Virus record (IMG/VR): IMGVR_UViG_3300025120_009955
Coordinates: 1 to 64,000 of that record
Reading direction: 5' to 3' (one strand)
Length of the DNA stretch: 64,000 nucleotides
DNA from: a virus
The translations under genes were made by a program, and so were the position numbers. The notes below the pieces were generated by a model, which was not told the DNA's origin, did no database searches, and was given only the letters and a program-made list of their open reading frames with translations. This document shows positions 39,766 through 47,631 of the stretch, in pieces; within the stretch, counting starts at the first letter, position 1, and every line of letters starts with the position of its first letter.

Positions 39766-39957
39766 ATGTATACTGAAGAATATACATCCACCATATTAGA
39801 AATTGCAACACTATTAGATCTCGAAGTTAAAGAAGTAACTAACTTCCTTGAGCTAATGCTAGATGGTTACGGTTTTACTGATGCTCTTCACGGAACGCAT
39901 TTAACCAGAGATGACTGTGAACTAGTGTTAGCAGAACTTAAGAAAAGAAAAAAATAA
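39766..39957 (+). CDS. Small acidic protein downstream of the riboswitch
   Basis: Strong RBS, 63 aa. Confidence 0.65.
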   Translation: MYTEEYTSTILEIATLLDLEVKEVTNFLELMLDGYGFTDALHGTHLTRDDCELVLAELKKRKK

Positions 39958-39958
39958 T

Positions 39959-40318
39959 ATGATAGACATCTTATTCTTGTTAATGGTCAAACACTGTATC
40001 TGTGATTTAGGATTACAGAGTCAACTGCTATGGGGCAAGACCATTAACAAGCAATATTACTTTGGCTGTCATAGTCATTATTTACATCACGCTGTTGGTA
40101 CGTTCCTAGTTATACTGTTATTTTTTAATCCTTTATTGGCATTAAAAATAGCTGTCATTGACTACATAGCACATTGGCATATTGATTATACAAAACATCG
40201 GGTGCAACTCTATTGGAATCTTGGACGAAAGGACAAGGCGTTTTGGTGGGTAACAGTAGTCGATCAATTATTACATTTCTTAACATACTATATCTTTGTT
40301 GTTTACCTAGTTAATTAA
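39959..40318 (+). CDS. DUF3307-like membrane protein
   Basis: KHCICD..LQ, HWHIDY.K, DQLLH. Confidence 0.75.
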   Translation: MIDILFLLMVKHCICDLGLQSQLLWGKTINKQYYFGCHSHYLHHAVGTFLVILLFFNPLLALKIAVIDYIAHWHIDYTKHRVQLYWNLGRKDKAFWWVTVVDQLLHFLTYYIFVVYLVN

Positions 40319-40365
40319 TATTAACGTAGCACATAAGTTATCTACGCATATTTTTAAATACTAAT

Positions 40366-40731
40366 ATGAAAGTAAACGAATTTTTTAAACACAATTTTGT
40401 TCTGATTCCAGTTATAGCATCAGTCATTTTTGGTACTGTAACAGGTATCAAGTATGTTATTGATCTTACAAACACTATTGATGCCAACAACCAACGTGTT
40501 GAAAAACTATTAGGTGACCTAGAAGGCATCGACGACAAATATCGAGACAAGATTGACACTCTTAAAGACGATTTGAATGAAGCTGAAAACTTGAACTCAC
40601 AAGAAATAGCTGAACTAAAAGCAGAAGTTGCTAAACTAGATTCAGCATTACGTATGGGTGAAGATCTTTATCGAGTGTTAGCAGATCAGGTTAGAGAACA
40701 ATCATATGATATTAAAGACCTTAATCGCTAG
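40366..40731 (+). CDS. TM plus coiled-coil protein (i-spanin-like architecture)
   Basis: N-terminal TM helix followed by a long heptad region. Confidence 0.5.
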   Translation: MKVNEFFKHNFVLIPVIASVIFGTVTGIKYVIDLTNTIDANNQRVEKLLGDLEGIDDKYRDKIDTLKDDLNEAENLNSQEIAELKAEVAKLDSALRMGEDLYRVLADQVREQSYDIKDLNR

Positions 40732-41407
40732 TATAATCCTACTTACTATAAGTCAATCAGTACTTGCTCGTAACGACTACCTAAACGGACAATCCTGGCA
40801 ACAGTGTAATAAAGGAACTATTTCAACCTACGGTAGTTACAATCAACAAGACAACACTAACTACAATGGGCAAAATTATCCTGGTAGGTTGAGTGATAAC
40901 TCCAGTAACTTTGGTGGCAGTCAAGGGGACAGTCAACAAATTGGCATAAACTTTACCTGGTTTTTAGGTAGTAACTGTACAGACGAAGTACAAGACTTTA
41001 TGTTTGACTCAATGAAGATCAACAGACAACTTGAACTAGCTAAAATGTGTCAACGCTACAAGCATAAAGAACTACCAGATAACTTTGCTGAACTTAGATC
41101 AGTGTGTGCAGGCTTTCCAGATGATATTGAGAATGAGCATAGACCACCAGAAGGTAGTGGTAGTTACTATGATGAACTCTTGCAAGAAATTAAAGACGGC
41201 AAACATCCTGACAAGAATCCTAAAAAATATCATTCAGACGATGTTAAGGTACCTTTCCAAGATAGTTTAAAACTAAAGTATGATGGTAAGGATACTAAAA
41301 CACATAAATTAAAAGTTCCTAAGGGAATGGATAAACCTCGTCTGACAGACGAGTATGGTCTTCCATTGCCCTACACAATACCTGAACCTAAAGTAGTGTT
41401 CGAATAA
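40706..41407 (+). CDS. Secreted hypothetical protein
   Basis: Signal peptide, four Cys, overlaps the upstream gene. Confidence 0.55.
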   Translation: MILKTLIASIILLTISQSVLARNDYLNGQSWQQCNKGTISTYGSYNQQDNTNYNGQNYPGRLSDNSSNFGGSQGDSQQIGINFTWFLGSNCTDEVQDFMFDSMKINRQLELAKMCQRYKHKELPDNFAELRSVCAGFPDDIENEHRPPEGSGSYYDELLQEIKDGKHPDKNPKKYHSDDVKVPFQDSLKLKYDGKDTKTHKLKVPKGMDKPRLTDEYGLPLPYTIPEPKVVFE

Positions 41408-41466
41408 GTTCTAGTAAAATCTCATTTTTGATAGTATAATATAATTAATTTATATAGGAGTTATCT

Positions 41467-41712
41467 ATGAAAGTATTACGATTTACAGCAGTCTGGTGTG
41501 AACCGTGCAAGATGTTAGCAAAGAATTTAGACAATGTTACAACACAAGTGCCTATCCAGGTACTCGATATTGACAAAGAAGAAGATTTAGCTAGACACTT
41601 TAATGTGCGTTCAGTACCAACATTAGTTATGATTAATGAGGACAAGAAAGAAGTAAAACGTGTAGTTGGAGTGCAATCAGTAAAACAACTTAACCAGTTT
41701 ATCAATGAATAG
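41467..41712 (+). CDS. trxA: Thioredoxin
   Basis: WCEPC and VRSVPTL. Confidence 0.9.
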   Translation: MKVLRFTAVWCEPCKMLAKNLDNVTTQVPIQVLDIDKEEDLARHFNVRSVPTLVMINEDKKEVKRVVGVQSVKQLNQFINE

Positions 41713-41886
41713 AAACTAATGGTTTTCAGTATGCTTTTTATATAAAAGTATCATATAATTAACATAAGTAATAACAGTAACACGTTGTTACTCAAAGAAG
41801 CGAATCATCAAATTGGACCTGTGGTAACACTCTCCAATGATTTGGCTAGCCGACATATTATTAATTTTTTAAAAAGGAATACTATT

Positions 41887-41958
41887 ATGTGGACTACACC
41901 TCAAGCAACTGAAATGCGTTTCGGTTTTGAAGTAACTATGTACGTAATGAACAAGTAA
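41887..41958 (+). CDS. pqqA: PQQ precursor peptide PqqA (absent from the ORF track)
   Basis: MWTTPQATEMRFGFEVTMYVMNK with the E-x-x-x-Y core; AAGGA RBS; own terminator. Confidence 0.95.
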   Translation: MWTTPQATEMRFGFEVTMYVMNK

Positions 41959-41981
41959 TACCTGTTTATACAATACAGATT

Positions 41982-42011
41982 AAAAAAGCACTCTTCGGAG
42001 TGCTTTTTTTT
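41982..42011 (+). terminator. Terminator after pqqA
   Basis: AAAAAAGCACTC-TTCG-GAGTGCTTTTTTTT. Confidence 0.9.
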
Positions 42012-42069
42012 GACTTATTATTCAGACTATGTTATAATAACAATTAACTCTTAACAGATAAATACTAGT

Positions 42070-42789
42070 ATGAGATACTTGTTTGCTGTAGCGTTATTAG
42101 TACTTTCATTCGTGGCTTCATCTGCACCGAATCCAGACTTATGGCCGTATGTGCAAGAAAGATTATTCAATGACCGTATAGCAGTAGAAGCAGATCCTCT
42201 AGAGCTATCTATAGATGGACCAAAAAGAGCGGCAAGTGGTGCTCAAGTTCCTATTACTATCAAAGTAAATTCAAAAAAATTCAAAAAACTATATCTTATA
42301 ATAGATGCTAATCCTACACAGCACGCCGCCACATTTACGTTAACTGAAAGCACTCAAACAACTGAGATAATGACACGTATTAGGATGGAAACAGATAGTT
42401 TTGTCCGTGTAATCGCTGAAGATGAAAATGGGCATTTATCAATGAGTGCAAAAGCTATTAGAGCATCAGGTGGTTGTAGTGGATATATGGATTCAAGCGA
42501 TCCTGAATTAACCAAAGCCTTAGGTAAAATCCTTTACAAAGCTAAAAACGGGTACCAGACGACTAGAATTAAACATCCTATGTTTACTGGACTACAAAAA
42601 GATTCAATTAACGGATGGTATGTACCAGAATGGATTATTAACCGTGTAGAATGGTATGACGGTGCTTTACTAGTAATGTCAGTAGACACTAATATTTCAA
42701 TGTCACAAGATCCATATTTTAAATTTAAATATTCAAGTCCTGTTACAATCATAGCAACAGATACTAAAGACAATAAATGGTCTAAGTAG
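42070..42789 (+). CDS. Quinoprotein-dehydrogenase-associated SoxYZ-like carrier
   Basis: Signal peptide, P.RA..GAQVP, IIDANP, TRIRM, ASGGCS, IKHPMFTGLQ, SMSQDP. Confidence 0.85.
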   Translation: MRYLFAVALLVLSFVASSAPNPDLWPYVQERLFNDRIAVEADPLELSIDGPKRAASGAQVPITIKVNSKKFKKLYLIIDANPTQHAATFTLTESTQTTEIMTRIRMETDSFVRVIAEDENGHLSMSAKAIRASGGCSGYMDSSDPELTKALGKILYKAKNGYQTTRIKHPMFTGLQKDSINGWYVPEWIINRVEWYDGALLVMSVDTNISMSQDPYFKFKYSSPVTIIATDTKDNKWSK

Positions 42790-42861
42790 TATTCTTTTCT
42801 TGCATTTTATCCAAAAAGAATGTATAATATTGTATTATTAACGTTAACTCGGAGAAGCCAC

Positions 42862-43122
42862 GTGGAAAATGAATTAGAAACAGTAATTACTAGTGAAAGT
42901 TTAGATGTCGAACAAGCATCACAGAACATAGGCGGAAGTCGATTTGATCTAATATTAATTGCGTCACATCGGGCACGTGATATAGCAAATACACGTAAAA
43001 TTGCAGAGAGAGGTAACCCTGATAAGAAATGGTCTTGTAGACCTACTACAGAAGCATTGCACGAAATTGAAACAGGAAGTATTGGTAGAGAACTTTTAGA
43101 CCAAATAGCAAAGGAAAAATAG
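42862..43122 (+). CDS. rpoZ: RNA polymerase omega subunit-like protein
   Basis: SRFDLILIASHRARDI...PTTEALHEI..G; GTG start after GGAG. Confidence 0.8.
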   Translation: MENELETVITSESLDVEQASQNIGGSRFDLILIASHRARDIANTRKIAERGNPDKKWSCRPTTEALHEIETGSIGRELLDQIAKEK

Positions 43123-43125
43123 TTT

Positions 43126-43371
43126 ATGGCAGAAGATAAAAAAGCAAAGAAGGAAGAATTACCTTTTCACGATGTAAGTCTTATAGCTAAGGCAAGGAAA
43201 GCTGAGAAAGAAAAGGAACAAAAAGAACACGAAGAAGCATTAGAAAGATTCTTTGCGGCTGGTGGTAAAGTACAGTACGTTACTGAAGGAGACGGTAACA
43301 GCGATAAAAGTACAGCGTCATCAGTATGGGGACGAAGAAAGAAAAAAGAGCCTGAAGTTAAGAAGAAGTAG
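43126..43371 (+). CDS. SutA-like RNAP-binding protein
   Basis: EKEQKEHEEALERFFAAGGKVQYV resembles the SutA core (AMEEFLARGGKVQEI). Confidence 0.55.
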   Translation: MAEDKKAKKEELPFHDVSLIAKARKAEKEKEQKEHEEALERFFAAGGKVQYVTEGDGNSDKSTASSVWGRRKKKEPEVKKK

Positions 43372-43376
43372 GTTAT

Positions 43377-43451
43377 GCACCCATCGTCTATCGGTTAGGA
43401 CACCGGGTTTTCATCCCGGCAAGGGGAGTTCGATTCTCCCTGGGTGTACCA
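43377..43451 (+). tRNA. tRNA-Glu(TTC)
   Basis: Cloverleaf, anticodon arm CCGGG-TTTTCAT-CCCGG, TTCGATT T-loop, encoded CCA. Confidence 0.95.
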
Positions 43452-43456
43452 ATTTT

Positions 43457-43532
43457 GCCCTCTTAGCTCAGTTGGTAGAGCAACGCACTTGTAATGCGTA
43501 GGTCGTCAGTTCGAATCCGACAGAGGGCACCA
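43457..43532 (+). tRNA. tRNA-Thr(TGT)
   Basis: ACGCA-CTTGTAA-TGCGT, TTCGAAT T-loop, encoded CCA. Confidence 0.95.
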
Positions 43533-43538
43533 AGATAA

Positions 43539-43628
43539 GGAAGTGTGGCTGAGTGGCTTAAAGCTCTGGTTTACTAAACCAGTGATCGGGAAACTGGTCC
43601 GTGGGTTCGAATCCTACCACTTCCGCCA
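43539..43628 (+). tRNA. tRNA-Ser(ACT), class II with long variable arm
   Basis: GGAAGTG/CACTTCC acceptor, G73, CTGGT-TTACTAA-ACCAG, variable arm, CCA. Confidence 0.88.
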
Positions 43629-43641
43629 ATAAATACAGTAT

Positions 43642-45654
43642 ATGATTAAAAAGATATTATTAAGTCCGTGGACAGCAGTTGTTACGCTGTCCATAATTGT
43701 TTATATAGCACTAAGTAGTCCTATATTTTTAGAATCGGTTAAGTTAAGATACTTCGACCAACTAATTACCTCACAGCCTGAACAACAAACAACAATAGCA
43801 ACGGTTAACATAGATGAAGCAAGTCTAGACAAGTATGGGCAGTGGCCATTCAGTCGTGATGTATATGGTGACATAATCAAAGACCTATATGATCGTGGTG
43901 CCGGTTTAGTAGTATGGAACATATTAATGTCTGAAGAAGACCGATTGGGTATGGATCATAAGCTACAAGAAGTATTACGAGAACACCCTGTTGTTTTACC
44001 GTTAGTGGGTGCAGAAGAAACTAAAAATTCACCACGCAATCCTGGTGCAGTTATGATAGGTGATCCTACAAACAAAGTAGTAGAGTATCCAGGTATACTA
44101 TCAAGTATTGATCATCACGAAAGTCTGGCATATGGTAGTGGTATAAGTTCAGTATTTCCAGAAGTAGATGGTGTAACTCGTAGGATGCCGTTAGTAATTA
44201 AAAGTGGAGATACACTGTACCCAAGTTTAGGTTTAGAAGTCCTACGCATATTAGCAGGTGATCCAAGTTTCCAAATTAAATTTTCAGACATAGGCATTGA
44301 CAAACTACGTGTACCACAGTTTGGTATTGTTTCAACAGATCCTGTAGGGCGTATATGGATTGATCATCAACAGCGTCCTCAGAGTTATAGTCTAACAGAA
44401 TTACCAGAAACATTTGATAGTGGTATAGTTATAGTAGGAACATCAGCCGCGGGCATTGCAAATCCGATAGCAACTAGTCGTGGTGAAGTATGGCCGCAAG
44501 ACTTACAAGCGAGTGTGATAGCAACATTAGCAAGTGGTATCAATATTCAACGTCCAGACTGGGCAAGAGGTGCTGAATTATTAACACTAATTACCTTAAG
44601 TATTTTACTGCTACTACTGTCTAGATGGATATATGTAGGGCTAGGTGTAAGCATTGTTGTACTAGGTAGCCTAGTGCCAGTTACAGAATACGTATACGCA
44701 GAATATTTAATGTTGTTTGATGCTACTCTAGTACTAGGTGGCGGAATACTTGTGTTATTGCACGCATATGGTATTAAGTTTGTAAGTGAATACCTGCAGA
44801 AACAACAGATCAAGAAACAGTTTGGAACATACCTATCACCGGCTATGGTTGAGAAACTACAGAAAAATCCAGAGCTATTGAAGTTAGGTGGAGAAACAAG
44901 ACAGTTAAGCATAATGTTTACAGATGTACGTGGATTTACAACTATATCAGAACACTATGGCGATGATGTACAAGGACTTACTAGTATCATGAATCGTTAT
45001 ATGACTGCTATGACTGAGAAGATTATTGAAAACGGTGGCACAATAGACAAATATATTGGAGATGCCCAGATGGCTTTCTGGAATGCTCCTATAGACGACC
45101 CCGATCACGCAGAGAACGCTGTAAGAACAGCATTAAAGATGATAGGGAGTTTGAATGAGTTTAATGAAGAAATTAAAAAAGAAGGTATACCACCTTTTGC
45201 AATGGGATTGGGGATTAATTCCGGTTCTTGTGTCGTTGGGAATTTTGGTAGTGTTCAACGTTTCGATTATACTTGCCTCGGGGATACTGTCAACTTGGCC
45301 GCAAGGTTAGAAGGACAGAGTAAAAACTACGGAGTTGATATTATATTAGGTCAAGGCACTGTGGAATATATAAAACACAAGATTGATGTAGGATTAATTG
45401 AACTAGATAATATCGCAGTTAAAGGAAAAACACAAGGAGTTAAAATATATACAATTGGTAATGTTGAAGTGAGTAAACATCAAGAATTCCTTGACAACTA
45501 CTACGCAGGCAATTGGGAAGATGCTCTTTACATAGCTAGAAGATTTGCAAACGATGACAATGTTATCTCTGGCTATTATCAAAAAATGGTCGAAAGACTT
45601 ATACAAGGGTGCCCAGACGATTGGGACGGAACATTTCGAGCAAAAACTAAATAA
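43642..45654 (+). CDS. CHASE2-domain class III adenylate/guanylate cyclase
   Basis: IDEASL..YGQWPFSR, DGVTRR.PL, three TMs, FTDVRGFT, DKYIGDA.MAFWNAP, GDTVNLAARLE. Confidence 0.93.
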   Translation: MIKKILLSPWTAVVTLSIIVYIALSSPIFLESVKLRYFDQLITSQPEQQTTIATVNIDEASLDKYGQWPFSRDVYGDIIKDLYDRGAGLVVWNILMSEEDRLGMDHKLQEVLREHPVVLPLVGAEETKNSPRNPGAVMIGDPTNKVVEYPGILSSIDHHESLAYGSGISSVFPEVDGVTRRMPLVIKSGDTLYPSLGLEVLRILAGDPSFQIKFSDIGIDKLRVPQFGIVSTDPVGRIWIDHQQRPQSYSLTELPETFDSGIVIVGTSAAGIANPIATSRGEVWPQDLQASVIATLASGINIQRPDWARGAELLTLITLSILLLLLSRWIYVGLGVSIVVLGSLVPVTEYVYAEYLMLFDATLVLGGGILVLLHAYGIKFVSEYLQKQQIKKQFGTYLSPAMVEKLQKNPELLKLGGETRQLSIMFTDVRGFTTISEHYGDDVQGLTSIMNRYMTAMTEKIIENGGTIDKYIGDAQMAFWNAPIDDPDHAENAVRTALKMIGSLNEFNEEIKKEGIPPFAMGLGINSGSCVVGNFGSVQRFDYTCLGDTVNLAARLEGQSKNYGVDIILGQGTVEYIKHKIDVGLIELDNIAVKGKTQGVKIYTIGNVEVSKHQEFLDNYYAGNWEDALYIARRFANDDNVISGYYQKMVERLIQGCPDDWDGTFRAKTK

Positions 45655-45718
45655 TTCTTCAATCATACTTACATATTAGTAACATATATAATGGTAAGTA
45701 TATATGAGAGGGATTACT

Positions 45719-46069
45719 ATGAAAGGACTTATAGCAGTAACCATGGTGGGTATATTTGCAACTTCTACACTATTTGCAAATTCTCATCCTGACGAACTTT
45801 ACTTACGTAATTCAGCTGGTGGAGTTATTGCATTAACTCATGAGCCTTGCTCTTCACAAAAACACAAAGAACTATATCCTTACAGAGCTTATGCCACCGA
45901 AGCTAGTGGTAAAGTACACGAAGGATGCTTTACTATTCCTAGTATATCTCAAGCACCAGCAATGCCTGGTATGACTCCGATGCCTTTAGTAAATTACATA
46001 GATATCGAAAGCGATATTCCACTCGTTTGGCCAGCTGAATGGTTTGATGAGTTTGACGAGACTATTTAA
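45719..46069 (+). CDS. Secreted hypothetical protein
   Basis: Signal peptide; N..GG.I.LT..PC...EGCF; start uncertain. Confidence 0.55.
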   Translation: MKGLIAVTMVGIFATSTLFANSHPDELYLRNSAGGVIALTHEPCSSQKHKELYPYRAYATEASGKVHEGCFTIPSISQAPAMPGMTPMPLVNYIDIESDIPLVWPAEWFDEFDETI

Positions 46070-46070
46070 T

Positions 46071-46361
46071 ATGCGTAATCTTTTCATCACACTACTATTA
46101 TTCTGGCCAACGTTGGCGTTATCTGAAACATTTCTTGTTAATCAACTGTTTGAAAATGTAAGAGTTGTATTGTCAACTACTGAATCTTGTGATAGCGGAC
46201 AAGGACTTAAAGCATCAGCACAACGTATAGATAAACTATACATACCTGGCTGTTGGAATCCAGAACCTGGGAATGAACTAGTTCGTATCGATTGGCATAA
46301 CGGTGATTTTAGTGTGTTACCAGCGGATGATTTCGTTCCTACAGAAATGGAACAGAATTAA
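46071..46361 (+). CDS. Secreted hypothetical protein, similar to the upstream gene
   Basis: Signal peptide; V.LS...C...PGCW. Confidence 0.55.
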   Translation: MRNLFITLLLFWPTLALSETFLVNQLFENVRVVLSTTESCDSGQGLKASAQRIDKLYIPGCWNPEPGNELVRIDWHNGDFSVLPADDFVPTEMEQN

Positions 46362-46711
46362 GATTTATTACGTTTACGTAATTTTTTTGGTTTTTCGTCC
46401 ATCTCAGCGGCTTTATCTAATTGCTCAGCGGCTTTCTTAAGAACTTTTGATTCATGAAGTACACGATCACCTTCAATAACTTTACCACGCAATTGTAATA
46501 CAGTGTTTACTTTTTGATTTAGTCTGATCAGATCATTATCTAACGTTCGTATACGGTCTATTAATGCTATAAGAGTTTTACTAGTATCTCCAATCATAGG
46601 CTTAACTTCTTTAGTTGCCCATACCCAAACGTAGTATACTAGATATCCAGCACCAACTGCGGCTACTACAGGGAATCCGTACTTAGAAATTAATTCAGCT
46701 ACGTCTAACAT
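46358..46711 (-). CDS. Holin-like membrane protein
   Basis: YGFPVVAA TM helix, LIDRIRTLDNDLIR. Confidence 0.55.
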   Translation of the reverse strand: MLDVAELISKYGFPVVAAVGAGYLVYYVWVWATKEVKPMIGDTSKTLIALIDRIRTLDNDLIRLNQKVNTVLQLRGKVIEGDRVLHESKVLKKAAEQLDKAAEMDEKPKKLRKRNKS

Positions 46712-46806
46712 TTATCTTCCCAAGTTTCTGTAAAAAAGATAATAAACATTGCAAAAAGCACGAGAACTATTGGCCATCCTAATATTATCCAAAGTTCCCA
46801 ATGCAT
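46705..46806 (-). CDS. Small single-TM peptide (33 aa, unannotated)
   Basis: MHWELWIILGWPIVLVLFAMFIIFFTETWEDKC fills the gap and overlaps the next start. Confidence 0.5.
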   Translation of the reverse strand: MHWELWIILGWPIVLVLFAMFIIFFTETWEDKC

Positions 46807-46807
46807 C

Positions 46808-47275
46808 TTACTTGTCTGCCTCTGTTGGTGCTACTGATGATTTACCAAACCAATTAACTGCTTGATAACATAACCATTTCTTCCAACCTGACACTGGTGG
46901 CTCAGCATCATCCATAGCGTGTTTAAATACTAGGTCAGCAACTTTCTTTGCTTTAAATGCTATTTTATCGTCATTGTGATGATAGCGGAATTTTCTAATC
47001 GCGGCATATAATACATCGTGAATAACAGCGGCTCTAGCAACATCAAATGGAGCAATTAACCACCAGCAAGCTCTCGGTACTGAAGCCATATCTGTTTTTA
47101 GTCCAGCTGGTGCAGTAATTTTGCCACTACGTTTATCTATTGGTGCACCTACTAGTTTAAGATCTTCCATTTGTTGATCTGTTAGATTATCATCTTCATA
47201 CACTAGCTTTTGATCTAGTACCCAAGATCTTGGTGGATGGTATGTTGATTTTAAATACCCGTTAAACTTACTCAT
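46808..47275 (-). CDS. DUF1353-family protein
   Basis: P.G.KTDMASVPR...AAVIHDVLY...AD..F..AM; probable start MSKFNG. Confidence 0.75.
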   Translation of the reverse strand: MSKFNGYLKSTYHPPRSWVLDQKLVYEDDNLTDQQMEDLKLVGAPIDKRSGKITAPAGLKTDMASVPRACWWLIAPFDVARAAVIHDVLYAAIRKFRYHHNDDKIAFKAKKVADLVFKHAMDDAEPPVSGWKKWLCYQAVNWFGKSSVAPTEADK

Positions 47276-47300
47276 ATCTCTTTCCTTTTTAAGTTGTTCA

Positions 47301-47582
47301 TTAGTCTCTCCTCGCATCTTTCTTACCGTCGGCACGAGCAATACGATCAACATCTGGCTTTAATCCTAGTGCTGTTGATACCACAGTGTCGATTCGAATA
47401 ACATCATGATTCATTGTTTCAACTCGATTATCTAGAGCTTTGATTATATTTTGCATTCCTCTAATAGATCCAGTTACCCCTGCTAGGATAAATTTCATTG
47501 TAAGAAACACAAAGTAACCACCGGCCATTGCCGCGGCTATTGGAAAACCTACTTCCATTATAAGGTGAAAAATTCCTTCCAT
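47301..47582 (-). CDS. Holin-like membrane protein (paralog of 46358..46711)
   Basis: VGFPIAAA TM helix, LDNRVETMNHDVIRID. Confidence 0.55.
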   Translation of the reverse strand: MEGIFHLIMEVGFPIAAAMAGGYFVFLTMKFILAGVTGSIRGMQNIIKALDNRVETMNHDVIRIDTVVSTALGLKPDVDRIARADGKKDARRD

Positions 47583-47631
47583 TAGGTTGTCTACTCCTGT
47601 TATAGTAGTATTTATTGAATCAATTGAAAAA

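Noticed and set aside
43253-43501. 82-aa ORF in the track
   Set aside because: It overlaps tRNA-Glu and tRNA-Thr and is spurious.
43571-43577. Third tRNA as an amber/ochre suppressor (CTA or TTA in the loop) and a recoded genome
   Set aside because: The 7-nt loop centres on ACT, and genes end normally at TAA, TAG and TGA with dense code-11 packing.
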